Part shown: in pieces, positions 1-13,099 of the stretch
Layout: every line of letters begins with the position of its first letter
Position numbering within the stretch: position 1 is the first letter of the stretch
Position numbers and translations under genes: made by a program
The notes under the pieces: generated by a model
Database searches by the model: none
What the model was told of the DNA's origin: nothing
The model's input: only the letters and a program-made list of their open reading frames with translations
Source: the human T2T-CHM13v2.0 reference genome, Homo sapiens
Assembly: GCF_009914755.1 (NCBI RefSeq)
Contig: NC_060934.1
DNA length: 64,000 nt
Reading direction: 5' to 3' (one strand)

Positions 1-99
1 GTGTCCTCCCGTGAGCCTCCAGGCTGCCCAGTGGGAGCACATGCCTCCTGCCCGTAGGTGCCCATGGAGTCTTTTTCACAGTGTTCTTTTTCTTGTTCT

Positions 100-182
100 G
101 TTTTTTTTTCTTCTTCTTCCTGTAGAAGGGTCTTGCTCTGTTGTCCAGGCTAGAGTGCAGTAGCCCGGTCCTAGCTCACGCA
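100..182 (-). mobile_element. Old Alu/FLAM fragment
   Basis: T-rich tail followed by gggtcttgctctgttgtccaggctagagtgcagt. Confidence 0.65.
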
Positions 183-977
183 GTGTTGTTCTGTGTTATT
201 ATTCTCTAATGTAGAATCGCACCATCCTGGGGGTCAGGCATCTTCCGCCTCCTCTTTGACCTAGTTTGTGGCACACAGCAGGTCCTCATCAAATAGCTGC
301 TGAATTTTATTGAACCTTATACTTAATGCCACTGATGTGTTGAGCCCAAGTTCAGGAGCTGACACGTTGTATCTGTTAAGTGGCCTTGCCTTCCCTCTGG
401 CATGTCTCCTCGTGCATCTTCAGCTCACACGCCGACTGCACCAATGCTTCCAGGAATACTGGCCAAACCCTGACTCTGTGCCCAGCACCTTGCCTATGGC
501 TGATGGTGCAAAGACACCTCCCCATCTTTAAGGAGCTTGACAGCCTTTCTAGTCCCTTTCTGGGTGACTTGTGTGTTCCATGTACCATCTTTGCTGTTGA
601 TTAAAATGCCAACCCACGCAGCACTGAGACCAGAGCCCTGGGGTGCCGCTCTTGGGATGGCCCTGGATCACCTGGCTCCTGATTTGTCCCGGGATGTTAG
701 GAGGTGTCATTTGCAAGCTGCCAGTTCCGTGCTTTGCAGAACCTGCTGGGTTTTTCTTTTGTCTGAACCCCACTGCAGCTATGCCTCCCCTGTGTCTTTT
801 ATGCCTGTCGGTATGTCCGGACAGAGGCTCTGCCCTGGCAGTCCCCAGCCTGTTGACAGCAGCCACACATGTCTCCAGAACTGCGGCCCACACGCGTGTC
901 CGATGCGAAGCTCACACCATTCTGATGTCCCTGGGTGTGTCCGCCTCGGGTCCGCTCATGCTATGCTTCTCCCTTAG

Positions 978-1097
978 TGGTCGGAGGATGTGTGTGTGGC
1001 CCACCTCACCCAGCGGGACGGGTACCAGGCCACCACGCAGGGACAGCTGAAGGAGCAGCTCTACCAGGAAATCATCCACTACTTCGACAAAGGCAAG
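978..1097 (+). CDS. DOCK1: DOCK1 coding exon (window exon 1), DHR-2 lobe A; WSEDVCVAHL...IHYFDKGK
   Basis: Acceptor cccttag| and donor |gtaaaa; 120 nt, phase 0/0; translation matches recalled human DOCK1 and includes the Ser at about position 1250. Confidence 0.97.
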
Positions 1098-1789
1098 GTA
1101 AAACACAAAAAGCAATTGTCCTTGTTTTCCTCTTTCCATGCACCTACCTGCAGTGTTGTAAACACGTTTTTTAGCGTGTGATTTTTGCAGAACCAGAAAT
1201 TTGTTACAAGTTGTATATTGAAATGTTTTATGCATGTTCCTTCAGCTTGCACTTAAAAGTAGAAATCTTCTTTTAAAAAAAATCAATAGCCCTTTAATAG
1301 ATGCTCTAAAAAAGCACCAAGTATTTTTATAACCCTTACCAGAGGGAACTAAGTCTGGAACACTGATTCGGAGGTGTTTCCGTGCCCACAGAGCTAATGT
1401 ATTCCTTTGACATCCTGCATTTTTCTGTTGGCACGGAAGAATTAATCCCATGGTAGGATGGATATTGCTCCATCCTGGTGGCTTCTAGTTTAATTGGCTT
1501 AAACAAAATTATAGATTCCACTTGACTTCCACTAAAAGGAAACCTGCTGTCATTTTAATCAGCCAGTATTATATCTGATCACTGTAGTTCTTCTGATTAA
1601 GATATGCAGTAACTATTTAAAAAAAAAAAAGCTGTTTCAGTTTCAGAAGTTTTTTAAAACCTGCCACCGAAGTGACATTGGAACTCCTTCTTTGGTTTCA
1701 TCAAGATTCCTAACTCATTTCAGAACCTGTTTTATTTTTCTTTTTTTCCTTTGAGAAAACTGACTAGCACACTTTATGAAGGTACCGAC

Positions 1790-2228
1790 GTTCACATCCT
1801 AGGGCTGCTGTAGCACAAACTGGGTGGCTTTCAACAACGGGAATGTATTCTCATAGCTTAGTGCTGGGAGCTGCAAGCCTGATGTCACGGTGTTGGCGTG
1901 GCCGCCCCCTCTGAAGGCTGCAGGGGAAAATCTGCCCTGTGCCTTTTCCTTTGCGTGTGTTGCTGGCGGTCTCTGGCACTGGTCATCTGTAACCACATCG
2001 CTCCAAGCCCTTCCTCCGTCATCACAGGCCTTCTCCTCATGCGAGTTTCTGTCTCAGTCTCCTTCTCCTTAGGAGGTACCAGCGGTTAGACGAGGGCCCA
2101 CTCTCCTCCAGCAGGTCCTCATCTTCCCTTGATTACATCCAAATACCCTGTTTCCAAATAAGGTCAGATTCAGAAATACCAGGGGTTAGGACTTTAAATA
2201 TTTCTGGGGACACAGTCCTACCCACAAT
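1790..2228 (-). mobile_element. MLT1-family (MaLR) solo LTR
   Basis: agggctgctgtagcacaaactgggtggctt...ttacatc...tttccaaataaggtca, typical MLT1 motifs. Confidence 0.75.
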
Positions 2229-2504
2229 TGTACTGATGCCCGGGAGGGATGATGGCTGCCCCTTTTTGTGGCTGTTGACGTAAACCAAACCCCATTGAAA
2301 ACAATGACTTGACAGAGTCCCCGTGGTCACGAGCTTGGGATTCTGCTCACATTTGGAGTAAGCGATGCGGCATCCTTTATTTGTCCCTGCCATTCTTGAC
2401 ACAGGGAGAAAGTCTGACGTTTTCAGAATGGCGTGTGGGCTCCCGAAGGCTGCTTGGAAATAAGGATTGGAAATGTTCTGTGAATTACACCCAGTCCTGT
2501 AGTT

Positions 2505-3020
2505 TAGGGGTCCCCAAACCCCAGGTCCTCAGCCTCTGGTACAGGTCGTGGCCTGTTAGGAACCAGGCTGCACAGCAGCAGGTGAGCAAGCAAAGCTTCA
2601 TCTGTGTTTACAGCCGTTCCCCATCGCCTGCATTACCACCTGAGCTCCACCTCCTGCCAGATCAGCAGCACCATTAGATTCTCACAGGAGCATGATCCCT
2701 ATTGTGAACTGTGCGTGTGAGGGATCTAGGTGCCGTACTCCTCATGAGAACCTAATGCCTGATGATCTGTCACTGTCTCCCATCTTCCCCTGATGGGATC
2801 ATCTAGTTGCAAGAAAACAAGTTCAGGCTCCCACTGATTCTACATGATGGTGAGTTGTATAATTATTTCGTTATGTATTACAATGTAATAATAATAGAAA
2901 TAAAGTACACGATCAATGTAATGCCCGTGAATCATCCTGAAACCATCCCCCACCCCGGTCCATGGAAAAATTTTCCTCCCTGAAACCAGTCCCTGGTGCC
3001 AAAAAGGTTGGGGACCGCCG
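2505..3020. mobile_element. MER1A (hAT-Charlie) full-length non-autonomous DNA transposon
   Basis: Terminal inverted repeats taggggtccccaa / ttggggaccgccg; 8-bp target-site duplication (TSD) ctgtagtt (2497-2504) / ctgtagtg (3021-3028). Confidence 0.88.
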
Positions 3021-3559
3021 CTGTAGTGGAACAGGATATATTTTTGTTCTCTGGAATGAGAAGCTTTGAGGATTAGGGCCAATTACTAAAATTGTACTAG
3101 GTTAGCCAGGAGAATCCTGTTTCTCAGCAAACTGGTAAAGAAATGGAGCAAATGCAGCCATCCCTTCCCGGCAGTGGCTTCTTGGCTCCAGGGTGAGCAG
3201 TGCTACAGAATGGGCAGGGCAGGGCAGGGCAGGAGGCAGGGACCCTGGGGTGGCCGGGAGGCCCGAGGGCCAGAGGTCACGGGACTGAAGGAATGTGCGC
3301 ATTTGTTGATGGCTGTTGCGGGGCTCTCTTTGTGGCAGCACATCCTCTGACCAGCGTTGGCTCCCGCGACCTCTCCACCCTCATTCCCTCCCTTGCCCTC
3401 TGCATTCCAGCCACACTGGCCCTTCTGCGTCCTGAAATGCACCAGCCCTCTCTGCCACTGCCCAGCGGGTTTCTGCTGCACTGCCTTGAGGACGTTGCTT
3501 GAGTCAGTTTTCCTTTTGCTGCCTGTACCATTTTGTCACTTGAATTAGCTTTTTCTAAG

Positions 3560-3945
3560 CCAGGCTTTCTCAATCTGGGCATGATTGGCATTCTGGGCTA
3601 CCTGTTACTTTGTGGTAGAGGACCACGCGTGCATGATGGACTCAAGGAATGTCTCCCTGCAGTGCCCTGGGCATACTCCTTCCTGTCTCAGCTTAAATGT
3701 CACCTCTTCTCCAGCCACGGAAACATCCTCTTTTCTCCTTTATGGCACCCACTATCATTTGCAATGATAGATTTGCTTGTGTGTTTCTTTAATGAGTTCC
3801 CCAGTAGGCTCTGAGCTCTGTGAAGATAGAACCTCACGCGTCAATTCCCCACCATGCATCTAATGCTCGGAACAGTGCCCGGCACACAGCACATGCTCAT
3901 TACATTATGGACGTGTATGGAAAGAATGAACAAATGAATGAAAAG
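3560..3945. mobile_element. MER20-like fragment followed by an L2 3' end
   Basis: caggctttctcaatctgggc start; L2-like cagtgcccggcacacagc...gaatgaacaaatgaatgaa tail. Confidence 0.55.
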
Positions 3946-4140
3946 TCAGCATTTAACAGTGCTTCCTGACAGATGAGAAATGCTCATGTATGGCAGGACA
4001 GGTGGCCTTCAATAAATGATAAATCAAAAAACAGAGTCTTTTTTTTTTTTAGCAAAGGTAGCCAAATATCTTTTCCTACATTGTGATAGTTCACCAAAAA
4101 AATCATATGAAGGGGCAAAACGAATGTGTTCGGTTCAGAA

Positions 4141-4295
4141 CAGTGGTTCTCAACTGAGATCTGCAGGAGGCATTGTGGGTTCTCCTGACTGAGGGAAGAG
4201 AAGGTGCTGTTAACCCTCCAGCAGTGCACACGTGGCCCCCACACCAGAAAGAAATAGCCCAGAATCCCTGTCGTGTCCAGGTTGAGAAAGCCCGC
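4141..4295. mobile_element. Small MER5/MER20-type hAT element
   Basis: Inverted ends cagtggttctcaac ... ggttgagaaagccc. Confidence 0.55.
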
Positions 4296-5738
4296 CTTAG
4301 AAAAAATGAATTCAAGTGATGAAATGGAATGGGCAGCTAAAGCAAAACAGACTCAAGGAACGTCCTCAGATGTCCCTGTGTTTTGGTGGAGACAGAACAA
4401 AGGCTATGGCAAAGTGATCATTGGCTGGCCTTGAATCAGAATGAGTTTTAGGAGGATTTTCTTCGTAGTAGCTGCATTGATAAAACCGATGGAAAAGCCA
4501 CTTCTGAATATCCATAATATTTCCACGAGAATGTTAAAAAGGAACAAAGCCTCCTTATCCCTCTAAAACTAAAGTAAGATGAAGAACAGGTGCTGGAAAG
4601 AATTTGATAAAATGAAATTTGAAGTATCTGAGTGATCAGCTGCAAGGCAAAAAATTCATTTTAACATCAACAAGCATTACATTTTCTGGGAGAAAGAGCA
4701 GTAGGAAATAATTCATCTTCCGTAACAATCTGGATGGCCTGCACTAGAGTTTGAACCTCTCCGAATCTCCATGGCTCCAAACAGCACAGGTGTGTTTCTC
4801 ACACATGCTCCGTATCCTCCTTTTGGCTCGGAACCCAGGTGAACAGAGGTTCCGCCACAGAGGAACACAGCCGGAGAGGACAGCAAAAAGTCCCCCGCCC
4901 TGGGGCTTCTGCCCCAAAATGACAGTGTTCATGTCATTGGCTGAAGCAGATCACATGATCACCCCAGACTTCAAGGGGTGGAGAAGTGCACTTAGGGGCA
5001 GGTGAGTGTGAGCGGCACCCACGTGCACCACACAGCTTGTTAGACAGGTGAGTCGGGTTCCAATCAAGGGCACCATCCAATCTAGATTAACAAAAGTTCA
5101 TCTAGAAATCCCCTAAGTATGCATGTATTCTGAGAAAGACGACGTCCACACTAGTCTCCCAAATAACTCGGCTTCCCCACAACTAGAGATGTGAGAATAG
5201 CATCTCATAAAACTTCTTGGGCCTCAATCCTCGTTTCTCTGTCGTGGAGTTTCCTTCTTCCGTTAAAGAGGGGGCTTAGGTAGGCAGAACCCTGCAGGAG
5301 AAGCAGCCTGAGAGAATGGGCTCCTGACCCCCGTGACTGCGATGTGGGGAATCCCACCAGGTGGCCAGTGCAGGAGGAAGGGGGCACACAGTAGAAGCTC
5401 GAAGTGTGATGTTTTGTGCCGGACTTAGAATCACTTTTGTTTAAGAAACAAGGCTGAGGCCTGAGTATCCCCGGCTGCTTTGGGGATGTGCCATCATTTG
5501 AGAAATAACGTCCTCCTGCCTTTCCTAAATGCAGTGGAATGACAAAGGCCGTGGCTGAAGGTTGAGAAGCTTGAAGTTGGGAGGGCCCAGGGCACACCTT
5601 TCCACACTCCATTCCCAGATTGTAATTATCTTGGGGGAAAAATACTTTTTAAATGGTCCACAGGTCATCACAGGCCTTAGTGGGCAGGTGACACAGCCCA
5701 AGGAAACTTGAAGGAGGGCCTTGATTGGTGTGGAGCCC

Positions 5739-6400
<662 letters not shown>

Positions 6401-6457
6401 TGAGCAGCTGAGCACCAGAGAAACCAACTCTCAATTAATTGGTAGGACTCTAACCCT

Positions 6458-7115
6458 CACTGTTGTCCAGTACTGAGTCCTGAGCCACATGCGGCCATTG
6501 GGCCCACGTGAACCATCTTTCTAAGACCAAGTACAAAAAAACAAATGTTCTTATGGGCTGAGTTGCATCCCCCCAAAATTCCTATGTTGAAATCCTAACC
6601 TTCAGTATTTCAAAATGTGGCTATATTTGGAGATAGGGTCTTTAAAGAGGTAATTAAGGTAAAATGAGGTCATTAGGGTGGGCCCTAATCGAATCTGACT
6701 GGTGTCCTTATAAGAAGGGGGATTAGGATACAGACACACACAGGGAAGACCATATTGAGGATACAGCAAGAAGGCAGCCGTCTACAAGCCAACGAGAGAG
6801 GACTCAGAGGAAACCAGCCCTGCAGACACTTTGATCGCAGAATCCTGGCCTCCAGAATAGTGAGGAAGTGAATGAATGTGACTTGAGGCCCCCAGTACCT
6901 ACTCAGTGCTTCATTATGGCAGCCCTGGCAAACTAATACCAATACCAGGTGTCTCATTCATTTGTTTGTATAGATTTCATGTTGAAATAGTAATATTTTA
7001 GATAGAGTCAATATTACTACAATTAATTTTACTCTTTAAAAGGTAGCAGCTAGGAAATGCAACATTCACAGATGTGGCTCCTATTGGACGGTGGTTCCTG
7101 TTGGACGGTGCTGCT
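6458..7115. mobile_element. MER3/MER33-like hAT element split by an MLT1A-type LTR (about 6548-6941)
   Basis: cactgttgtccag ... ttggacggtgctg ends; internal LTR tatgggctgagttgcatccccccaaaattc ... gcagccctggcaaactaata. Confidence 0.7.
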
Positions 7116-8354
7116 CTGAGTCAAAGACTTTGCTCTTGTTGAGCGCCAAGAACATCGTCAGACCAGCACTGCCACCCACATGCGGCTGGGAAGCGGAAGC
7201 TGCCCACTGTCCTGTGGGGCCTCACAGGCAGTAGAATTGCCTGCCTGCCTGTTGGTATCTACTCCTTAGACTACAGGAATATTTAAACAGCGAAAATATT
7301 TCTGAAAGAGTTACAAAATGGGGACTCAAGTCTGGAAAGAATAAAATGTATGTCGAAATGGCAAGGAAAAAAGCATGATCACAAGCACCAAGATATGATG
7401 TTTTTTTCCTGTGACTCAATGTCATTTCTGTAGTGGTGAAACAGCTGTCAAGACTACGGCAGTTACCAGCGGGAACCTGGAGGGAAGGGTGACTTGGGAG
7501 TTCTCACATGGCCCTTAAGGAAATACAGATGAGGCAAATAGGAGAGAGGTAGAAACAGGCAGCTGCCAAGATAAGGTGTAAGAAATCAAGAAAAAGCAGC
7601 ATCTTCTTGTTGGAGCAAGACAGAGTTTTCCGATACCTATTTTATTATTAAAATTTAGAATTATGCGCCTCGGTGATGTTGTTTTCATTTGTGCTTTGGA
7701 TAAATCCCATTATAATCTCATTTTTCATTTCCCGGGCTTAGCAAGGATAAGTCACGTTTGCTCCTCAGGATCTGTCTATGCACGTGCCTTAGGGAATGCG
7801 AGCCTTCCCCGCTGACAGACTGGCTCTAAGATCTGCACCATCTTGACCCACTTCTACCTGGGCCACTTCTGAACAACTCGGGCCTCTGGGCAGAAGCCCT
7901 GCTGCTAGATCCAGTTCACTTTGTGTCTCCTTGTAAGCTCTCGGTCCCTCTCACCTGGGTCTGTCTGAGATCCCTACCCACTCTCCTCCCCAAGGCCCCA
8001 TGCCTGTCTCCACCCTTCCGCTCCTGCAGATAGATAGCAGTCTGGTTTCTAATAAAGTGGCCTCTGGATCACAGCGTGAACTGCTTCAAAGATGCCCAAA
8101 CCTCAGGGATTCTCCCATCTCCTCTGCAGGCGATCCAGGCCTCTCACCTGGCATGAGGCCCCTTAGAGTAGGAATCGAGCCTCCAGATGTACCCTCTCAT
8201 CACCCACAGCATCTGGCCTTCTGAACATGCCCTCTGTTCCCCAAGCCCTTGCACCTTCCCATGGTCTGCCCCGGCGTGGACCGGCTGCTTCTTGCTGCTG
8301 TCTCGTGTGACGGCTGCCATGACAGCTGCCTTCCTGCCTTCTGGGCATATTTCA

Positions 8355-8525
8355 CTGCTCTCAAACTTTCGTGGCTTTTGGAGTTCACCGGGGAATCTTG
8401 TTAAAATCCAGATTTTGATTCAGCTGGTCTGGGGTGGGCCTCGAGGCTCTGCATTTCTGAGAAGCTCCCAGGTGATGTCCCAGCTGCTCCAGGGACCATC
8501 CCTGAGTCCCCAGGGCCTGTGCTGA
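8355..8525. mobile_element. MER5A-like element
   Basis: ttgttaaaatccagattttgattcagctggtctggggtgggcc...ctgcatttct. Confidence 0.65.
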
Positions 8526-11331
8526 CTTAAGCTCCTGAGAGCAGAGGCAGTGGCTGTGGCTGCCACCTCTGGATCTCCCTCTGAGGGAGCTGTGCCGTGG
8601 CCTGGGCTCCACTCCATTTTTTTAAATAGCTTTTTAAGAGTGGTTTTAGGCTCACAGCAACATGGAACAGTGAGTACAGCCAGGTCCCAGACACCCCCTG
8701 CCCACACACATACACAGGCATGGGGCTTTCAGGGTGGTCATTTGTTAGTGAGTTGAGCACATTCTGGCCAGCACTTGAGCAAACAGCACACAATCAAGAA
8801 GGTGGCCGTCACCCAGACTTTCCACAAAGTTCCTTATTTGGGGCATATTTTGTTTGTTAACGGATCTTGCATCCTGACTCAGACTGAGCCCCTGGGAGAG
8901 CGAAAGGCCATGCCTCCCACCTCCCCACCCCCAGCGCCGGGTCGGGGGCAGATCCCACCCCACTCTGCCACGTGCCGCATCACAGTTGGGTTTTGTCAGT
9001 GTGCTCCTTTCCCAAGGCTAACACTAACTTGACTTTAGCACGACATTCACTGCAAAGGTTATGGATCAGACGGAGACAAATTCTTGCAAGAGCAGGGCTG
9101 GATTTTCCTGTCTAGAATCTTGTATGTTAAAAATAACAATCTTCCGTCCAAATGACTACAGCAGTTTATTAAGTGACCGAACGGGCAGACAAGCATGCAG
9201 GGAGGGCCGTCAGCATCCACAGAACTTACCGACCTGACTGAGAGCGCCACGTGCACCAGGCTCACGTCCTGAGCGTGTGCCCACAGCCCTTGGAGTGTTT
9301 ACAAGAATTTCCTTGGTTCGATCTTACATGTATTTCATTTTAGGGGAAACAATGCAATTCCAGTTTTACAAATGTATTGGGGTAAGGAGACTTAAGACCT
9401 CAGTTAAGCTTGGAGACCAGTGATTACCGGGGCTTGCAAGATGATAAAATGGAAGCCAGGTGGGACGTCAGTCTGGCAAAACCATGACCCGGCTACAGCT
9501 CCACTGATCCAGCCTGTCTCCTCGTGGCCCATTTCCATATGCAATTAAGGAAATCTTCATTACGTACTTACTCTGTGGGAAGGATATACACCCTAGAGCT
9601 CATTCACTGTTTGAAATGTCTACAGCTTCCTACGGGAAATAGGGGCTTCCAGAATCCAGGACAAGCTTGCCTCTGGACAAGGCTGAGCAGGCTGTTAAGG
9701 GAGCAGGGGTCCCCATCCCAGGCCCCCTGCGATGGCATCTCTCTGTGCTCCCCGGGAGAGCGGGCGGGGGCAGGGAGAGACGGGAATCGGGTGATATTAA
9801 AGTTTCTCTGCCTTTGTGCTTGGAAACCAGCAAGGCAAAATGGATTTGCTGCTGTTTTATATTGGACACGGGCTTTTGAATGATGTTCCGTTATCTTTCT
9901 GTATTTCTTCCCCACGGAATCATTCTTCTGTTTTTGCCTTTCCACCGTTTTTTAAAGTTTTGAATGTCTTTCAGCCTAGCTCTTGGTTTCTTAATCTTTT
10001 TCTTTCTCTCTGCAAAATGTCATTTCCATCTGTTTCCATTTTCATTCTTTTACGTTTCTTCCTTCCCGAGCTAATAATGACTCCTTGCTCTTTTTCCATT
10101 CCATTCTTGCCGCCCGCCTGAGTGTGCCCCAAAAGCCTTCTGTTTGGTTTTATCATGGCAGACCAGTGTTCTTTTCTGAAGATGCTCTGAATTGTCTGTC
10201 TTATTGTGTTTGGTTGAGGCCTAGTAATTTTCGATAAAGCCCTTAATCCAAGTACTTGACTGAAAATTACCAGGCTTCTCTGTGGAGGATGAGGGTCAAA
10301 AATAGAAGTCCTTCTATGAGGAAGATGCAGTCAGAGTGAGACAGTCAGTATTAGCCAACACCAGCCACCTCTGAAATCAAGAAACAGCCTGGCAGGTTGA
10401 CAAATGCGATACATAATTTATAGCCCAAGTGATATATGAAGCCCTGTGACTATTTTCAGCTGGAGCTCTGTTGTATTTTCCCTTAAAATAACCTTCCCTT
10501 GACAAAGTTCACACTTTGCCTTGCACCAATGTAAAAAAAAAAAAAAAAAGCGTTTTGCTTCATTGTGTAAACTAAAAATAGGAGTTTGGAGCAAATTTCC
10601 ATTTTTGGTCAAATGTTTGCATCTCTTTTCCAAGTATTTGGGGTGAAATTTTCACATCTTCTAAGTTTCCCTTTGGAAACACAGTTGTTATTAAGAGGGA
10701 CTGCAGGTCAACATAATGAAGCCCTCATATGGGTTTCTTGTTGGCATTTCTAGAATTTTTGAAAATGTGATATTAGCAGAACCTATTCAGCCAGAATTTG
10801 GCCTGAATATTCAAAGAGATCATATGTTCATTATGATTTGCTCCTATGCAGTAATTGATGATCAAAGCATGAGAAAGTCCATTTTCGAGTCAGTAACAAC
10901 ACTGCTCCCTTAGCTTATGTGGGATCACTAACAAGCTTTTCCACTCAAAGCCCACAGTGTGCCCAGTGCCGTCCTGCGCCGTGAAATACCGAGATGGAGC
11001 CAGGCCCACCTCGAGGCAATTCTAGCATCAGGGCTCTCATATGAGCAGATAAATAACAAAACCCACCTTCCGCCCATCACACAGGTGGGCGCTGGGTCTC
11101 CCTATCCCACAGGTGCAGGAGTGATGCCTTCTTTTGGAGAGCTAGAGAAGACTTCACAGAGGTGGTTACATTTCGTGCTTCTTGAAGAGTGAAATTAAGT
11201 TTGCCAGATGATGGCTGGGAGGAACGGGAATTTCAGAGTGTGAGAATAGCGCCAGAAGGGGAAGAGCTCCTGATGACATCTCGCTTTTCCGGGGAAGTAG
11301 AGCCATTCTGGGAGATAGCAGTGCAGGGGAC

Positions 11332-11692
11332 TGTCTTCGTCCCTTCATGCTCCTATAACAAAATGCCACAGACTGGGTGGTTTATAAACCACAAATTCAT
11401 TTCTCACCATTCTGGACCTGGGAATTCCTAGATCAAGGCACTCACAGATTTGGTGTCTGGAGAGGGCCCTCTGCCTGCTCCACATAAGTAGTGCCTTCTC
11501 TGAGTAGTCATGTCCTGGCAGGTGTGGCAGCGCTCTTCCAGACCTCTGTTTTGAGGCCACTCATCCCATTCGTGAGGGCTCCACCATCATGACCTAATCA
11601 CCTTCGAAGGCCTCATCTCCTAATGCCAACACCTTGAAGGTGAGGATTTCAACCCGTGAATTTGAGGGAGACACAAATATTCAGAGCATAGC
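11332..11692 (-). mobile_element. MLT1A/MST-type MaLR LTR
   Basis: ataacaaaatgccacagactgggtggtttataaac...gacctaatcacct...tcagagcatagca. Confidence 0.75.
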
Positions 11693-12216
11693 AAAGACAT
11701 TGGAGCTAGTTTGTCAGTGGCCCTGTATTGTCTCCTGAAGATTTGGCTTACAAGGACCCAATGGAAATTTCGTGAAAGTAGAAAATAATGATTTCATTTT
11801 CCTCTTTTCAGGGGGTAATTCTGGCAACATGGTGGCAGCAGACTTAGAGGAGGGAGGGTGGGAGCCAGAGACGAGACTAGGGGTGGGGCATTGGGCCAGG
11901 CCTGAGCCCCATAAAGCCAGTGGCAGATGGAAGTGATGTCATGAGACTTCAAGTTAGCAGATTCCAGTGTCAAAGACCCTTGAACAGGGTTAAAGCCAGA
12001 AAAGCAAGTGCCAGGGGTGGCTGGGGCACCCACTGGCCTAGAAGCCAAGAGTTCTTGCCGGGAGGAAGATGTAGGAAGGGAATGCTTCACTTGCTGCAGA
12101 GAGCAGATGGAGGTCCTTTCATCCTTTCAGCATTGAGCAAGGCAGCGAGGGTGCACACTGAGCAGTCCTGTGCAGGGCATTTAATGGAGGGTGTCAAGGA
12201 AAGGGAGAAATGAGCA

Positions 12217-12510
12217 GGGTCACAGCTGCAGTGATGCTGGGTGCATAGAGAGCCCTGGGCCAGTTCACAGCTGCAGTGATGCTGGCTGCATTCAAGAATC
12301 CTGGGCCAGGTTACGGCTGCAGTGATGCTGGGTGTATAGAGAGTCCTGGGCTAGGTCACAGCTGCAGTGATGCTGGCTGTATTCAAGAATCCCGGGCCAG
12401 GTTACAGCTGCAGTGATGCTGGCTGCATTCAAGAATCCTGGGCCAGGTCACAGCTGCAGTGATGCTGGGTGCATAGAGAGTCCTGGGCCAGGTCACAGCT
12501 GCAGTGATGT
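12217..12510. repeat. Tandem repeat of 45/46-bp units, about 6.5 copies
   Basis: Core gggccaggtcacagctgcagtgatgctgg with two alternative tails (gtgcatagagagtcct or ctgcattcaagaatcct). Confidence 0.92.
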
Positions 12511-13099
12511 TTGTTGACTCCCCAGCCTGTGCCCTGGATCCCCCTATCCCAGGACATCTCACCAGCAAGTCCACACTCTCCCTTTGCAGCACCCATGTGT
12601 TGTTCTCTGTCAGCTCCCACCCTCCCACCTGCAACCATGCCATTATTGCTCTCACCTTTAAGAAGAGTTCCTTCTTGTTCCAACTCCCCTGTCCAGCCAC
12701 TGCCCATTTCTCCTCCTCTTTCTACAACACTCCGTAAAGGATAGTCTGCACTTGCTGTTCCTCTCCTCCTGTTGTCTCTGGAGTCCACTCCCTCACCAGT
12801 GGCCAGTAGCTGCCTGTGGAAGGCAGGAGTGAGCAGCACGGTGTCTCTTTCTGTCCAGTTAAAGCACCGAGCAAGAAGCAACTGTATCTCTTGCTGCCTG
12901 CTTTAGTCTTTTCAAGGTCTTTCTTTGCAAAACTACAAATGTCCTGGCCTAAAGAAAAAATGCCATATCTCTGTTACAAAAAAAAAAAAAAAAAATCTTC
13001 ATTTTTTTATCTAGGGCATTACAAGCTCAGTGAGTAGTTTTCTGTTTTGACTAATAAGGACTTGCCGTGGAATAAAGGAGACATGTTGATGAACATAAG

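Noticed and set aside
7080-7113. 17-bp near-duplication cct[a/g]ttggacggtg
   Set aside because: Small duplication at the end of a hAT element; no sign of function
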